NCBI GenBank assembly: GCA_951406725.2
Contig: OX597821.1
Coordinates: 58,900,001-58,964,000, forward strand
Source: Octopus vulgaris
Taxonomy: Eukaryota
Direction of reading: 5' to 3'
DNA: 64,000 nucleotides
The position numbers were made by a program, and so were the translations under genes. Below, one piece after another: positions 50,781-64,000 of the stretch (its first letter is position 1; each line of letters opens with the position of its first letter). The notes below the pieces were generated by a model that was not told the DNA's origin, did no database searches, and was given only the letters and a program-made list of their open reading frames with translations.

Positions 50781-52054
50781 AATCAGGATTTTAAATATTG
50801 ATGAAGAAACCTCTGAGTGCAATGTTTCATACACAGAAAAGTTTTGACTGCTTAGGTATTACCAAATGATTTTAATGCTGTGTTTACAATAATTATGTCA
50901 AATCTGGTAATAGAGTTGGCAGTAACTGTATTGGCAACTCCATAAAAAAATATCAAAGTAAACAAATGTGAACATAGCTGTTTACCAAATAGTTTTGCTC
51001 ATGCAAAATTTTAGATGCTGTCTGTTATTTAGAGCTTTAGACTAATTATAAAGATTTTAATGATTAAATGTAACCTAAGGAATATAATTCCCAAGTCAGC
51101 CTTAATTATACAAACCTATCGAAGATGTTCCACTTGTGACAATAGCATCTTTTTCAGTCAATGAGTAATGTATTCTGAGATATACCGTGTCCTTCTTTTG
51201 TTAAGATGATAGGCTATGATTTAAGGAAGTGTTGTTTGCTACTTCTTGCACCTCTAGTGACCACATAAAGGCTCATTCACTGGTTCAGTTTAGATATCAT
51301 TTATTGACACTAGTATTTCCATTTTCACATGTTAATGTATCAACTCTAAACCATGCTTGGTGTTCCCTGTTTGTCTTCTTTATCAATGACTTTTAAAAAT
51401 TTACCAAAAAATTCTATACATTTTTTTACCAGCATTTTTAAAGTACTTTGTGTTTTATCTTTGAAAGATACATTTATCAGAAGCCCATTTTTGGATCAGA
51501 TTCTGATAAGTAATAAGTTGTAGGATCCATCATTATCATCACTTAATGTTTGTCTTCCATGCCAGCATGGTTTGGATGATTCAGCAGGATCAAACAAGCC
51601 AGAAGACTGTACCAAACTCCAAGAAGGTCTAAATGCAATCAATACTAAAATATTAGTCTCCTCATAACATCTAGTTTCTTGACTCTGCCAAAAGAAATCT
51701 GATTATTTGGTTAGTTAATTCTAACATAAATTATTAACCTTTTTCACAGTTTTGTGATATACCTCCCTTTCTGTATTCTTTAGAAAGGTCTAGCTGAATC
51801 AGTTGAGATATGTGCTTTACATCTGTTAAGACATTTCTCATCATCATTATTGTAACATCCATGGGTTGGATTGAGTTTATTGAGGTAGATTTTTTACAGC
51901 CAGATACCCTTCCTGTTGCCAACCCTTACCTCTTTCCAAACAATGTAATATTTCCCACGACCAGACTTGTTTTCCACTGAAAACTGGAAACAGACAACTT
52001 CACTTCTATGACAGTGATGCTCGTTTACAACTATCATGTGATGTCAAGACAAGA

Positions 52055-52113
<59 letters not shown>

Positions 52114-52681
52114 AAATACTTCTGTCAATCCCACTGCAGTGTACCCTGCGTAAATGTCCAGTTACTATAGCACTGAACTGGCCAAAGCCTTGTGAGTGGA
52201 TTTGGTAGAGGGAAACTGGAAGAAACCCACTGTGTGTGGGTGTTTGTGTGTGTATGTAGCTTGCTGCAGTCCTGTCGTTCACTAGCTTCTGTTAAACTAA
52301 CACGTACCAGGAAACAAAACTGTATGTCAAATAGTGATGATAATGATGATGATAGTTGCAATCCTATATTTATGTTACATCCAAGATGTTTTTTATTCTT
52401 TGAGATCAATTCCAGCATACTTTTGTAATGTATTATCAATGATTTTACAAGTCCCTATCTTGTCTTTTAATTCAATATAAAATTCAATATCTAAAATCTC
52501 AAAGAACTTCGATGCCTTTAGAATCATCTGTACTAGCTGGTTTCCATGTCACTTCCATACCCTTTCTAAGTTATACATTTCATGTAACTCCCAGTGGATA
52601 ATTTATACACCAGTATCATGTCTCTAAAATTCATTCACTTGTATTAGCATATCTCATGTACAACATTTCTACCATTCTCCC

Positions 52682-52690
52682 CTACTACTA

Positions 52691-52725
<35 letters not shown>

Positions 52726-52740
52726 ACTACAACTACTACA

Positions 52741-52787
<47 letters not shown>

Positions 52788-52822
52788 AACCACTACTACT
52801 ACCACTATTATTATTATTATTA
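52682..52822. repeat. Compound trinucleotide microsatellite (CTG)n(CTA)n(TTA)n
   Basis: Directly visible. It is the source of the poly-C/Y/V/A ORFs. Confidence 0.95.
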
Positions 52823-54020
52823 TATGCAGATGGTAGAAAGCCACCCAAGATGCTTTATGGTTTGTAGTTTGCAGCCTCATCACTTTAAATTCAAATACTA
52901 TTAAAGTTGACTTTGAGCTTCATTCTAAGAACTGTTGAAAGTAAGTTCCAGTAAGATTAAGGCCATGTTAATTGACCATAACACTTCTTCCTTACACACT
53001 GTGTCTAGCCTGAATAAATTAATATTGTTGTTAGATTAACATTGCAGATTTTGTTGTTGAAACAAAGTGTACTTTGTAAATATCTCTTCTTTATCTTAAA
53101 ACTTTCCTCATTGGTGGCAAAATAGTTTATTGCATACATGACATTAGATATGCCACTTATAGAGTGCCAAACTTAATATCTTACAACAATGCATTCTGGT
53201 CTTACAGAGATTGATTTAGCCCCAGTGAAATGTGTATTTGCTGTTGTATTCATCCGTAAGAAGATACTATACAGGCACCATAAATCATCAAGATACATAT
53301 AAAGTATAACTCTATTTGTTTTGTTGCTTTCGTTGTTGTTGTTGTTGTTTTTGTATTTCATCTCTTAAAAACATTTATGTAAGAGAGGTTTAGATAAAGT
53401 TCAATGCTTTGCTCAGGGTCACTGTAATGGAACCCTTAATGGAAAAGTTCCACACACTTCAGCTGAAAGGCTGGCAATGTATACAGTAAGTGTTGAAAAT
53501 GGTCATACTTACTAGCAATGTACTGTAACTAAAATATTCACTTTCAAGAGAATACAGAATATTTTCTGCCCTGAATATTAAATAAGAATGTATTACATAC
53601 ATATTTGCACATAATTACCTATATAAATATATATATATATATAAATAATTATAATAAAGGGTTTTTTGCAACAAGTTGCTTAAACCACATACCGAAAATA
53701 TTAGAAATAGCAGTCAAAGGGCTACTATTACTATTACTACAAAAATAAGTCTCCACAAACAACAGTATTTGTAACTCATATATGGTAAAAAAAAAAAGGA
53801 AGACAATGAAATCACACAGTCTACTGGATCAATTATGGACGATCGTTTCTGGATTAGAATCGTAAAGTTCATTTCCTTATTAACATAATATTTCCCATAA
53901 ATCTAGAAATGCTAGGAAAAAACTTACCTATTATATATTTGACCAGGCGACATCTAAAGATATAACAGTCCACTAGCATATCCACATTTATATAGACATG
54001 CGAATTCGTATATATATATA

Positions 54021-54396
54021 TGTTGTTATATTTTGGGATGGTCATTTTTTTACTTCTTGCCAAATAAACACATGCGCTATATATTTGTTCCTCACTTGTT
54101 TATTATTGTTCTTATTTTATGTCCATCATCTGGAAATTTTTTGTCACACACATGTGACCTCTTCAACGACTCTCCATCCAATGTGTCTCCATCTTGTTTT
54201 GCTTAGTCTCTTCCATTCTCAGGAAGAGACATAGGGGATGGAGAGTCGTTGAAGAGGTCACAGGTATGTGATGAAATATTTCCAGACAATGGATATAAAA
54301 TAAGAAAAAATAATAAACAAATGATGAACGAATATATATAGTGCATGTGTTTATTTGGCAAGAAGCAAAAAGTGACCATCCTGAAATATAACAATA
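54021..54396. repeat. Long inverted repeat (~170-bp arms), each arm with a degenerate hammerhead-like motif (Penelope-type relic)
   Basis: Arms 54021-54189 and 54226-54396. Right arm UUGAAGA-G-GUCAC(AGGUAU)GUGAU-GAAA-UAUU (54249-54280). The mirror arm has the same motif with GAAA changed to AAAA. Confidence 0.7.
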
Positions 54397-54464
54397 TTTG
54401 TTTCAACACAATTTCACATCAGGAATCTTGCAAAACAAACACATAAAAAAAAAATATATATATA

Positions 54465-54846
54465 GGCGTAAGAGTGGCTGTGTGGTAAGTAGCTTGCTTA
54501 CAAATCACATGGTTCTGGGTTCAGTCCCACTGCGTGGCACCTTGGGCAAGTGTCTTCTACTATAGCCTCAGGCCGATCAAAGCCTTGTGAGTGGATTTGG
54601 TAGACAGAAACTGAAAGAAGCCCGTCGTATATATGTATATATATATATATGTGTGTGTCTATGTTTGTCCTTCACAACTGATGCTGGTGTGTTTACGTCC
54701 CCATAACTTAGCAGTTTGGCAAAAGAGACCGATAGAATAAGTACTAGGCTTACAAAGTATAAGTCCTGGGGTTGATTTGCTCAACTAAAGGTGGTGCTCC
54801 AGCATGTCCACCAGTCAAATGACTGAAACAAGTAAAAGAGTAAAGA

Positions 54847-54848
<2 letters not shown>
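54465..54848 (+). mobile_element. SINE family A, full length
   Basis: GGCGTAAGAGTGGCTGTGTGGTAAG...GAAACAAGTAAAAGAG. Confidence 0.9.
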
Positions 54849-54878
<30 letters not shown>

Positions 54879-57675
54879 TACATTTATTACATAAATATAC
54901 TATATATCACAATATGTGAAAGTGGTTAAGATGTTGCACTCATGACTGTGAGATCGTGGGTTTGATTCCCATACTGGGCATTGCATTGTGTTCTTGAGCA
55001 AAGCACTTCATTTGACGTTACTCTGCAATCATTTCGACATCTGACATGTGGCACCCAGTTGCACCTGTACAGGTAATGTCAATTTGATGGAGGGTGTGAG
55101 CTTATGTGTACACAAACATTCAATCACTATAAACAAATCATCTGTGTGGTTGTTCAGTAAGAAATTGCTGAACCCTCATACATCATCTAATGACAGGAGA
55201 GTCCATTATATATATGTGTGTGTGTGTGTACTATATTTCCTATGTAAATATACTATATATATATATTGTGATAAACGATATATGTAGCTGCAAATATTTT
55301 GTTTTAATTAAATCTTGGTTGGGGTAGGACTTGCAACTTTGACCCTGTTAAATCCTCACCAGCAACGACTACCTAATTAGATCCATGGGTTGGAGGCTTG
55401 TCACTTGAGTGGTGCTAAGGTGTAGGAGGGAATCACCAATAAATGATGGATGCAGTGACACACTGTTACAGGACATGCCCCACCATACAGTACAGAATCT
55501 TGATTTTCATATGAGGTACAGCTGTTGCTGTGTGGTAAGAAGCTTGTTTTCCAACTGCATGGTTTCAGATTCAGTCCCGCTGCATTGCACCTTGAGCAAG
55601 TGTTTTCTACTATGGCTCTGCAGCTACCAATGCTTTGTATGAATTTAGTAGATGGAAACTGAAAGAAGCCCATCATATATGTGAATGTGTTACTGTTTCT
55701 GTGACTTGATGTTATGTGATAGTTGTAAGCAAGTGTAATACAAGCAGTGTTTTTAAATTCCAGTCTTCTGTGAAAACATATCTGGTCATGGGAAAATTTT
55801 ACCTTATTTGGAAACAGAAGAAGGTTGGTGACAGGAAGGGCATCCAGCCATAGAAATTCTACCTCAACAAATTCCGTCATGAAGAAATGGACATTAAAAC
55901 AATGATGATGATGCTGATTTTGTTCAAATGTTTCTTCCGCCTATTTATGATTGATTTGTTTATAGAAGAGGAAATAACAGCAAATATGTCACTGATTGAC
56001 CTATTAGGCATTCAAATTGACTGAAATCTTGCTATAGTTACTCAATCATTACTTAATGATGCTTTTGCAAAAATATTTGGAAGAAGTTTTTGGTAAAAAA
56101 GATTTATTTCCATATTAATTGTGTCTATGAGCGAACTTGATGATAGTGTAAACAAAATTGTATGGTTCCTATTTCAATAGCATTTATTTCATTTATATAT
56201 TATTACTTGATTGAAACATAAACTTTTAATTCTGTGGTGATAGACAACCCTGAAAATATTTGATAGATTAATCTTTTATTCTTTATCTGTTTCTTGTTTC
56301 ATTCATTGGACTGTGGCCATGCTGGAGAATGGCCTTGAGGTGATTTAATTGAACAAATCAACCCCAGTACTTGTCTTTTAGGTCTGGTACTTAGTCTTTC
56401 AGTGTATTTTGCCAAGCTGCTATGTTATGCAGATGTAAACAAACTAACACTGGTTGTTTATAGTGGTAGAAGGCAATAAATACACACACACACACACACA
56501 CAACAGGCTTCTACACCAGTGTCCATCTATCAAATTCACTCACAAGGCATTAGTCAACCTGGAGCTATAGTAGAAGCCATTTGCCCAAGGTACTGCACAG
56601 TAGGACTGAACCTGAAACTATATAGATGCAAAGCAAGCTTCTTAACCACACAGCTATGCCTAATTTCTTTTCTGGTTTTTTTTTGGTTTTTTGGGCAAAT
56701 TTCTCTTTACATTAGTTTTATAATTGCATTAATCAGAAAATTTTTATATAAATATTATAAAACATATAAGATTAAAGCATACTTCTTTTTACATTAAATC
56801 AGATATTATCATGGCAGCTTTGACATGTTTTACTATTTTTATACCATTGTAACAAGGACTGGGATCTAATAGCTAAAGACATTATTCTGTGCCCGTAGGT
56901 TATGGTGGCAGATTATATTACTTGACTTCGTCCACCCAACTGAAAATAGGTACTACGCTAGCTTCATTAGCAAATAGTTAATATCAAGCACAACATCCAG
57001 CTGTAAACACCTGTTCCAACATTTTCATACTGATATCTTGATGTTCATAACCAACCAACAAGGTAAGAAAAGCAGGTGTAAAATGGTTAAAAAAAAATCT
57101 GTGGTATGAACGAACATTAACTTAATAATAATATAGATATAATAATATAGATTTTCCCTCCCGATGATTCATCTGAATGAATGAATGTCGTGTTAGCTTA
57201 AAATGAAAGGAAATTAATATTCTCACTTTTGCTGATAGAATTCATTTAAATTGCTTGTTTTAACACCAGTGTCCCATTGTGTCCAACTAACTTTGTCTTT
57301 TATCTTTTACTTGCTTCAGTCATTGGACAACAGCCATGGTAGGGCATCACTGCGTAGGGTTTTTTTTACTCGCAAATCAACCCCACTGCTTATGTTTTGC
57401 TTTTTTTGTATTTTTTAAAGTCTGGTACTTATTCTGTCAGTCTTGTTTGCCGAACCATGAAGTTAGGGGGGATGTAAACAAGCCAGTACTAGTTATTATG
57501 CAGTGGCGCGGGGAGGTGACAGACAAATAGACACACACACACACATACATGTGGGTGTGTATGTTTATATATATATATATATATAGGGAGAGTTTACGAA
57601 AAAAACAAAAGACGAAGACAGGCGGTGTACAAAACAAACAGATGTATTAGTATAATGCTCAGGAATAGAAAAAGT

Positions 57676-57711
57676 CTTTTACGTTTTGAGCCTAGGCTCT
57701 TCTACAGAAAG
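57676..57711 (-). ncRNA. Minimal type I hammerhead relic in a short insertion (~57586-57777) inside a SINE microsatellite
   Basis: CUUU-CUGUAGA-A-GAGCC(UA)GGCUC-AAAA-CG-UA-AAAG: stem I CUUU/AAAG, ACGU stem III, GUA triplet. Core substitutions A6U and G12A. Confidence 0.55.
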
Positions 57712-60700
57712 GGACACAGAAAAAACAAGGAGTGAAAAAAATGTGTGTAGTGGCTAACGATCTATCATGGCGACTGATACATACATACATACATACATAC
57801 CTACATAGTTTGATTGATAGATAGATAGATGTCAGGTTTCCACTCAGTTTTCATCTTCTGAATTCACTTACAAGGCATGGTTAGTCCAGAGCTATAGTAC
57901 ACAACACTTGCCCAAGGTGCAATGCAGTGGGACTGAACCCCAAACCACATGGTTACAAAGCATGCTTCTTAACTACGCAGCCATTCCTGTGCCTATTTAT
58001 TAAATTTACTTAACCATGCTTAGAACTTCACTCTTCTCCGTTGATTCTTTAAATATGTTTCATTATATTACTGATCGCATATATTATGGCACTTAAAAAG
58101 CTCCTTCATAAATTATACTTTTTTTTTGTTAACACTTATACATTGGTTTGCATCTGATTATTTTACCAAATAGTTTCAGTTTTATTATTCATATAATTCA
58201 GTTAACTCTTACTCTTAAATACTCCATTTCTAACTTTATAAGGACCTTCTTGTTGTCACAAGAACTGCTTATTACCTTTGCTTTAGTGAAGACAGAAGTA
58301 TTATTTTCAGTCGCATTTGTTTGTTTGGATTCGGATGAAACTTTCAGGGATGTTTGACCTCATGACTAGCATGAACTGATTAGATTTTGGGATCAATCTG
58401 ATATCAGACAAGGCTTCTGGATTATTTTTCTGGTTTTTTTACTTAAATTTTGAGAGCAGTCAGGTTCATTTTTAGTATTCCCATTTGTGAGAGAAGTCAA
58501 ATTTATTTCAGATATTCTCATTTTAAAAATAATCTCTGGCTTATCACTGAGAGGATATTGGTGTTGCCTTGGCAGAGGTTTGCGCTCACAGAGTGCTCTT
58601 GTTATATTTATTATCAAACAGATTAATGCTCATAATATCTAAACTTGCCCAATTTTTAATATAGAGATAGAGATTACATGTTGAAGTCCTCACTCATGAG
58701 ACAAGTGCAATGATAAAATGAGAATTATCAAGTTTTTGCAAATTAAATAATTCTTTAATCTGCTACCTCTGTGCTATACATAGATCAGCTCTGAATTAGC
58801 TGACCACAACTATCAAACAACAACAATTTGAGTAATCAAGGAGGCTTCTACAGGGTCACTAAACATCTTAGAAATAGCAACAAAATCTCCCTCGATTTAC
58901 ATCTTACCATTTTAAAAAAGGAAGGACTTATTGAATCATGTTGTCAAAGATACATTTTATTTGAAAATACGAAGGGATGCTGCTCATAGCTGAAATGTCT
59001 TTGATCAAAAGTCTGTTTGATGAAGGCTGACCTGGGGTTAAACAACAATTGCAATTTCTGGTGTCTATTTTCTATATGACCACATGACCTAAATTTGCAT
59101 TGATACAGTCTGCTATATACAGAAGTCTTCATCAAGCTTATCTTAGACTTACTTATTACATCTATGGTACCTTTCTCTTCTTATTTTGTTCTATTAGTAG
59201 TAAGTCTCTAATTTCATTCTTTACATCTTCTAACCATATAAAATAACACTCTAGTTATATAGCTTGCATAACTCATCTCTTATATGTAAAGAAACTTATT
59301 TTCTCAACAGTCTGATAAAAAAATTCCCCAGATTTCATTCAGTCTCTAAGAAACATAAACTCTAGTTGCTGTGCTTTCTCCAATCAACTCCCTTGTCAAT
59401 GTATGATATGCTTGTTAGATAACCAAAATTTACTATATCTAATAGCAGCTTGCTACCAAAATAAAATTTATCTTCAAAAATGTTAATGATGGCAGCTTTA
59501 TTTGTTTTCCACCAACTCCACCAGACTATGGGCTCAGCCCAACCAATACAATGTTGTATTAAAACACAATAGAATCATAGCATTGTTGTTTACTGAAAGC
59601 ATCATTGTCCTCCTCAACTTGATGACATGTTTGATATAAGCCTTAATATTATGTCTCTTCTCTTTATACTTGTTAAAATAGAATTTTGTTTTTGTTAAGT
59701 TTCTCTCCCAATATATCCCAAAACCTAAAAGTTCAAGTATACGTCTGAACACATTCTGTAATTCTATATACAACCCATTTTATTTTATTTTATTTCAACG
59801 TATATTTATTTCAAAATATTTCAGTTGTATTTGTACTTTTCAAATTTCACTCTTGACAGAAATGATTCAGTGTTGCTATTTGTAAAAGCTGCCCATTGCC
59901 TCTACAATCCTTAGCCAGCTGCATTCTAAATATCTACATATTAGTTATCACTTCAGCTCCTTTCTCATTTTCACCTTACTTTCCCTGGAGACAATAAATA
60001 CACCAGAGTAACAATATTTATTGTTTTATCTCCATTACTATGTTTGGTCTTTTGAGGCAAATTCTTTTATCTCTATACATGTATAATTTTCAATTTTGTT
60101 TATATTACTTGTGTTCACTTGTGTTTGTGTTAGACATATCAGCTGTTGGCTGATATTTCTACAGTTTCCCCTCTTTTGCTTTGCTTTTACTGTAGTGTAT
60201 TCCAAATCTTTCAGTGATGTTGCCACTAGCCTAACATTGCCACTTTATCATATTACTGTTCATATTCAGTTTGGCTTCAGAGAACTAATAATGTAGTCTT
60301 TGTTATTGGTAGTTCTGATTGGGTTTGTGGTTGAACATTGTCCTAGACAAGTTGGGATTATTTGTCATTCTTTATCTTCAGGACCACATTTAAGCCAGTT
60401 TACAACCCTTAAAACCAATTCCTATTTTGGGAATTTCTCCTTATGATGGTCTTTTTCTTCTTGTATTGTTACTGGTATTTTGCCACTACCTGTAATAGTA
60501 GGGGTACTGAGTAGTCTAGTTTGTACATAAGAAAAGAACAGATATAGTTCTTTTTGAGAAAGGGAAAACATTATCTGTGTTGAGTTTGCTGGAAGCTTGG
60601 CAGAGAGAGAGAGAGAGAAAGAGAGGGGGTGGGAGTGCTTAAAGGGAGAGAATTGCTTCTAAGTCTTTTTTTTTTTCTCATCTTGGGTTGAAATTTATTA

Positions 60701-62859
60701 ATGGAGAGTGAAAAATGGAGAGAGGATACATATTTTTCACATGAATTTATTTTCTTATTAATAATGTAGTAGTTGTTTATGGTTTCATTTTGCCTTATTT
60801 TAGGGCTCATCATAACAGCACAACTTGAGATTTTAAAGTTAGTCAATCTAAAGTCACTTAAGATTATTCAACATTTACATTTTATTTTATGAATTAGGTC
60901 TACTCAATGGTCTCTCTCCTTCACCCCCACCTTCCTCCCCTCTCACTAGCCATTCTCTTTGTTAATTCAACTCTCTGTACTAAAATTAGATCTAATGATA
61001 ATCATTATGTTGAAACTACCTCTAATTTATCTGCTATTGTTATGTGGGAATATCTAACTCTCTCTTAAACAAAATTTCACTCGCAGTTTTAATGATGTTT
61101 TTTTTTTTTTTAGATAAAAAATTCTTTTGCAGTTTTAATCACTTAGCACTCTACATAAGAACCTATATATTTTTAGAAAGGGTCTTGTCTAAATTGGCAA
61201 AAACGAAGCTATGAAAATGAAAGCTTTTAGCTGCAAAATAAATTTTTCCTGTCTAAGCACTTTCACCTACCAGATTCACTCACAAGGCTTTGGCTGAGCT
61301 GAGGCTATCACAGAAAGCACTCAGCTAAGCTGCCATGCAGTGGAACTGAACCCAAAACCATGTGGTTGGGAAGTTCATTCATTCATTTTTAAGATTTAAT
61401 TTGCACTCTTACCATACAACTTTTTAACCGAATGATAATCTTTTGTATTAACTTATGTTATTGGCTTAGTGATTATTTTTCTCTAAGGTTAATTATTATT
61501 TTGTAACAACTCTAGCTTTTAATTTCCTCATTATCACCCAGAATTCATTTCCAAATGTTTTCTTACAAACCATTCTCATAATTATCTGCTAATTAGCAAA
61601 AATATTAAAACAAAAAAATAAAACAAATTTTTATTCAGCATTCCACACTCTTGATTATTTATTTATTTCTTTTCTTTTTTTATATTTCCAGTTATAAATT
61701 AGAAGTTACAGAATTATAAATTAATTCTTCTTGATTAATATAAAATATGCTTGAGCATATTAGATGTACTCCAATTTCAGCAGCATATATTCAAGAAAAA
61801 GGGTTTTTAGTGCATGAAATCATATAGGCCAAACTTTTCATATGGGACTTTTGGGGTGATTTTTGAGACTTTGGATGGGCATCCTATATGCCGTCTGATA
61901 TGGCACTTTAATGTATAACTTGCTGATTTTAGACATTGAAATAAGTGCTAAGTCTTTTGCTGTTTTCAGTCACTAAGTGTAAAATTGTCTTTTAGCTTCG
62001 AGTAACCAGCTTCAAATGTGAAATTGTTTGAGATATATGTTGGACTTTTACACATAGATATAGATGTACTTGCTGTGTTGCAGTTTCCCTTGGAGCCATG
62101 ATATAAAATACAAGGCTGGAAATGCTTAATCATAGAAGCATTAAAGAAAATTGCAGGGTATCATAAATTAAGCTGTATTGCTTATGGTAATTATTTCTAC
62201 AGTGTGCACTGTGCTACTCTGCTGAACCTACTTGTTTGGCATAATATATAAGTGGAAAAGAAACAGACAAACTTTTTGTTAATTTGATCCAAGTTAATCC
62301 TTCTGGATGTATATTATTAGATTTGAAAACAAATTACAGTCAGATTATATCATGATACTACAAGAACAGAGTTATTATGAAGCTTGGCTGTGTGATAAGA
62401 AGTTTGCTTTCCAACCACATGATTTTTAAGTTCAGTCCTACTATGTGGCACCATGGGCAAGTGCCTTCTGCTATAGCTTCAGGTCAAGCAAAGCTTTGAA
62501 AATTGTATCAAGATTTTCAATTAAGTACATTCTTTTCTCTGGTATTACTCAGTTAATGACAGTCTGCTGCTGTTAATGACTTAAAAAAGCTCTTTAACCC
62601 TCGTTACCAACCCGGCTGAAACTGGCTCTGGCTCTGAGTACAAATGTCTTGTTTTCATAAGTTTTCAACTAAAATCTTCCACCAAACATTAGTCACAATT
62701 TATGTTCCTAACATTATCTGAATGATAACGAAGTTATTTTACTAAATTCTTTGTTATATTTAAAGTAATTGAAAGCAACACAGAGCATCTCAAAATAAAT
62801 GCAGTAACGAAAGAGTAAATATCGTAATTATAAATTCACTGAATTTTGATCCTTTAGAT

Positions 62860-63250
62860 CAGTGGTTCTCAACCATGGGCTATATGACCTCTGGGGATCC
62901 ATATAAGCATTTTGGGGTCCAAGCAAGCAAAATAGTAAATTGAGGATCTGTGGTCGTGTTTTAGGGGTTCATGAAAAAACTTTTGCTTTAGATGTATTTA
63001 TTGCAAGAAACAGCTAGGTTTCTTTCTTTCAGGATTTACCTGGTTCAACATGTTTCTGGCCACTGAAACATGTTCTCTCAGAGAGAGTTCTGCTGTAAAT
63101 CTAGACAAGTGAATGGGTGAAGAACAAAACAAGAATTTTAAAAGAAGTATCTAAAAACTGTTTTTTAAGCATTGAATGGCTATAGGGGTCCACTAGAATA
63201 AAACAGTAATCAAAGAGGTCTATAGGCAAAAGAATGGTTGAGAATCCCTG
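62860..63250. mobile_element. hAT (Charlie-like) MITE
   Basis: CAGTGGTTCTCAACCAT / ATGGTTGAGAATCCCTG. Flanks CTTTAGAT / CTTTAGGT. Confidence 0.85.
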
Positions 63251-63484
63251 CTTTAGGTAAACTATTAAGTTTTTTTTTAACAAAGTTTAATATAACTTTT
63301 TAGCAATGAATCTAGTGGTATAAAGGTGTTTTCGTAGATCTCTTGGACAAAATTAGTGTTTTTTAATTCTTTAGTTTGACTATCACTTTGCTTATTGCCA
63401 TGGTGGAGCACTTTCAACTCCTAGCAAAACTAAACTTCTAGTCAAGTATCTACTTGTTCTCACTCATCATTAAATAATCTCCAG

Positions 63485-63900
63485 TTATTGTGAAGTTACA
63501 GAGAAAGAACTCACCCAATGCTTATACATATTTGTACATTCCCTCAGATTATTTTGGCTCTTGTGGAATTTACTTTCTATGCTTAGATAACTGAAGTTAT
63601 TGCATATCTCATTGGATAGTGGGAAAAACTGATCTAGCTTCTGAGCTAACTCTTTGACAATTAACAGAACACTCATCCTTAAGTGGTTCATTATCACATA
63701 CTCAACAAGCTTTCCAGAATGTCCTGAATATGTCAAATTGCAATGACTATCCTGAAACTTACAGAAATCATTTGGATATTTTCCCACATGTTGAACATGT
63801 TTGCCGTATGTTTAAACTGTTTTTCTATATCTTCAGTTGCACTACTTCTGTCATATGTTTTGTGTATTCTTTTGACACTGCCATGTGAGTGAGTGTATAT
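63485..63900 (-). mobile_element. Highly decayed Tc1/mariner N-terminal relic
   Basis: Fragments SATE..., FCKFQDSHCNL..SG, VKELAQKL and KWV resemble the mariner HTH-to-WVPH region. Confidence 0.35.
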
Positions 63901-64000
63901 ATAGTTTAAAACTAGTATTTTCAAACAGTATCAATATTTATAAAGTATACAGTGAAACATAATAAATCTTCTCCTATGTATTATGGCCATCAGAAAATTC

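Noticed and set aside
52644-52904. Poly-Cys/Tyr and poly-Val/Ala ORFs
   Set aside because: Compound trinucleotide microsatellite artefact.

Overview
AT-rich, repeat-dense animal genomic DNA. The mix of tRNA-headed SINEs with internal microsatellites, RTE-type (GAT)n tails and mariner/hAT relics is most consistent with an octopus (coleoid cephalopod) genome; this is recognition, not a database hit. No intact multi-domain protein ORF is present, and almost all ORFs in the supplied track are microsatellite or SINE artefacts. The best gene signal is a CpG-retaining promoter at about 9.1 kb (CCAAT box plus a perfect CRE). It is followed by a probable first exon with three overlapping uORFs and a 38-codon start ending at a GTAAGG donor (9683/9684), so the rest of the window is probably intronic. 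Transposon content: two D34D mariner relics with TIRs, a Buster/Charlie hAT transposase fossil with several hAT MITEs (8-bp TSDs), TTAA/piggyBac-type MITEs, a composite Helitron, a Merlin-like foldback carrying TTAGGG repeats, RTE and CR1-type LINE ends, and dozens of SINEs. The most unusual signal is a set of Penelope-type minimal hammerhead-ribozyme relics. One sits inside a 319-bp tRNA-headed element arranged as an inverted dimer between 13-bp target-site duplications (15749-16067), a candidate ribozyme-tailed SINE mobilised by Penelope-like elements. Coordinates were read by eye and degenerate element edges are approximate.
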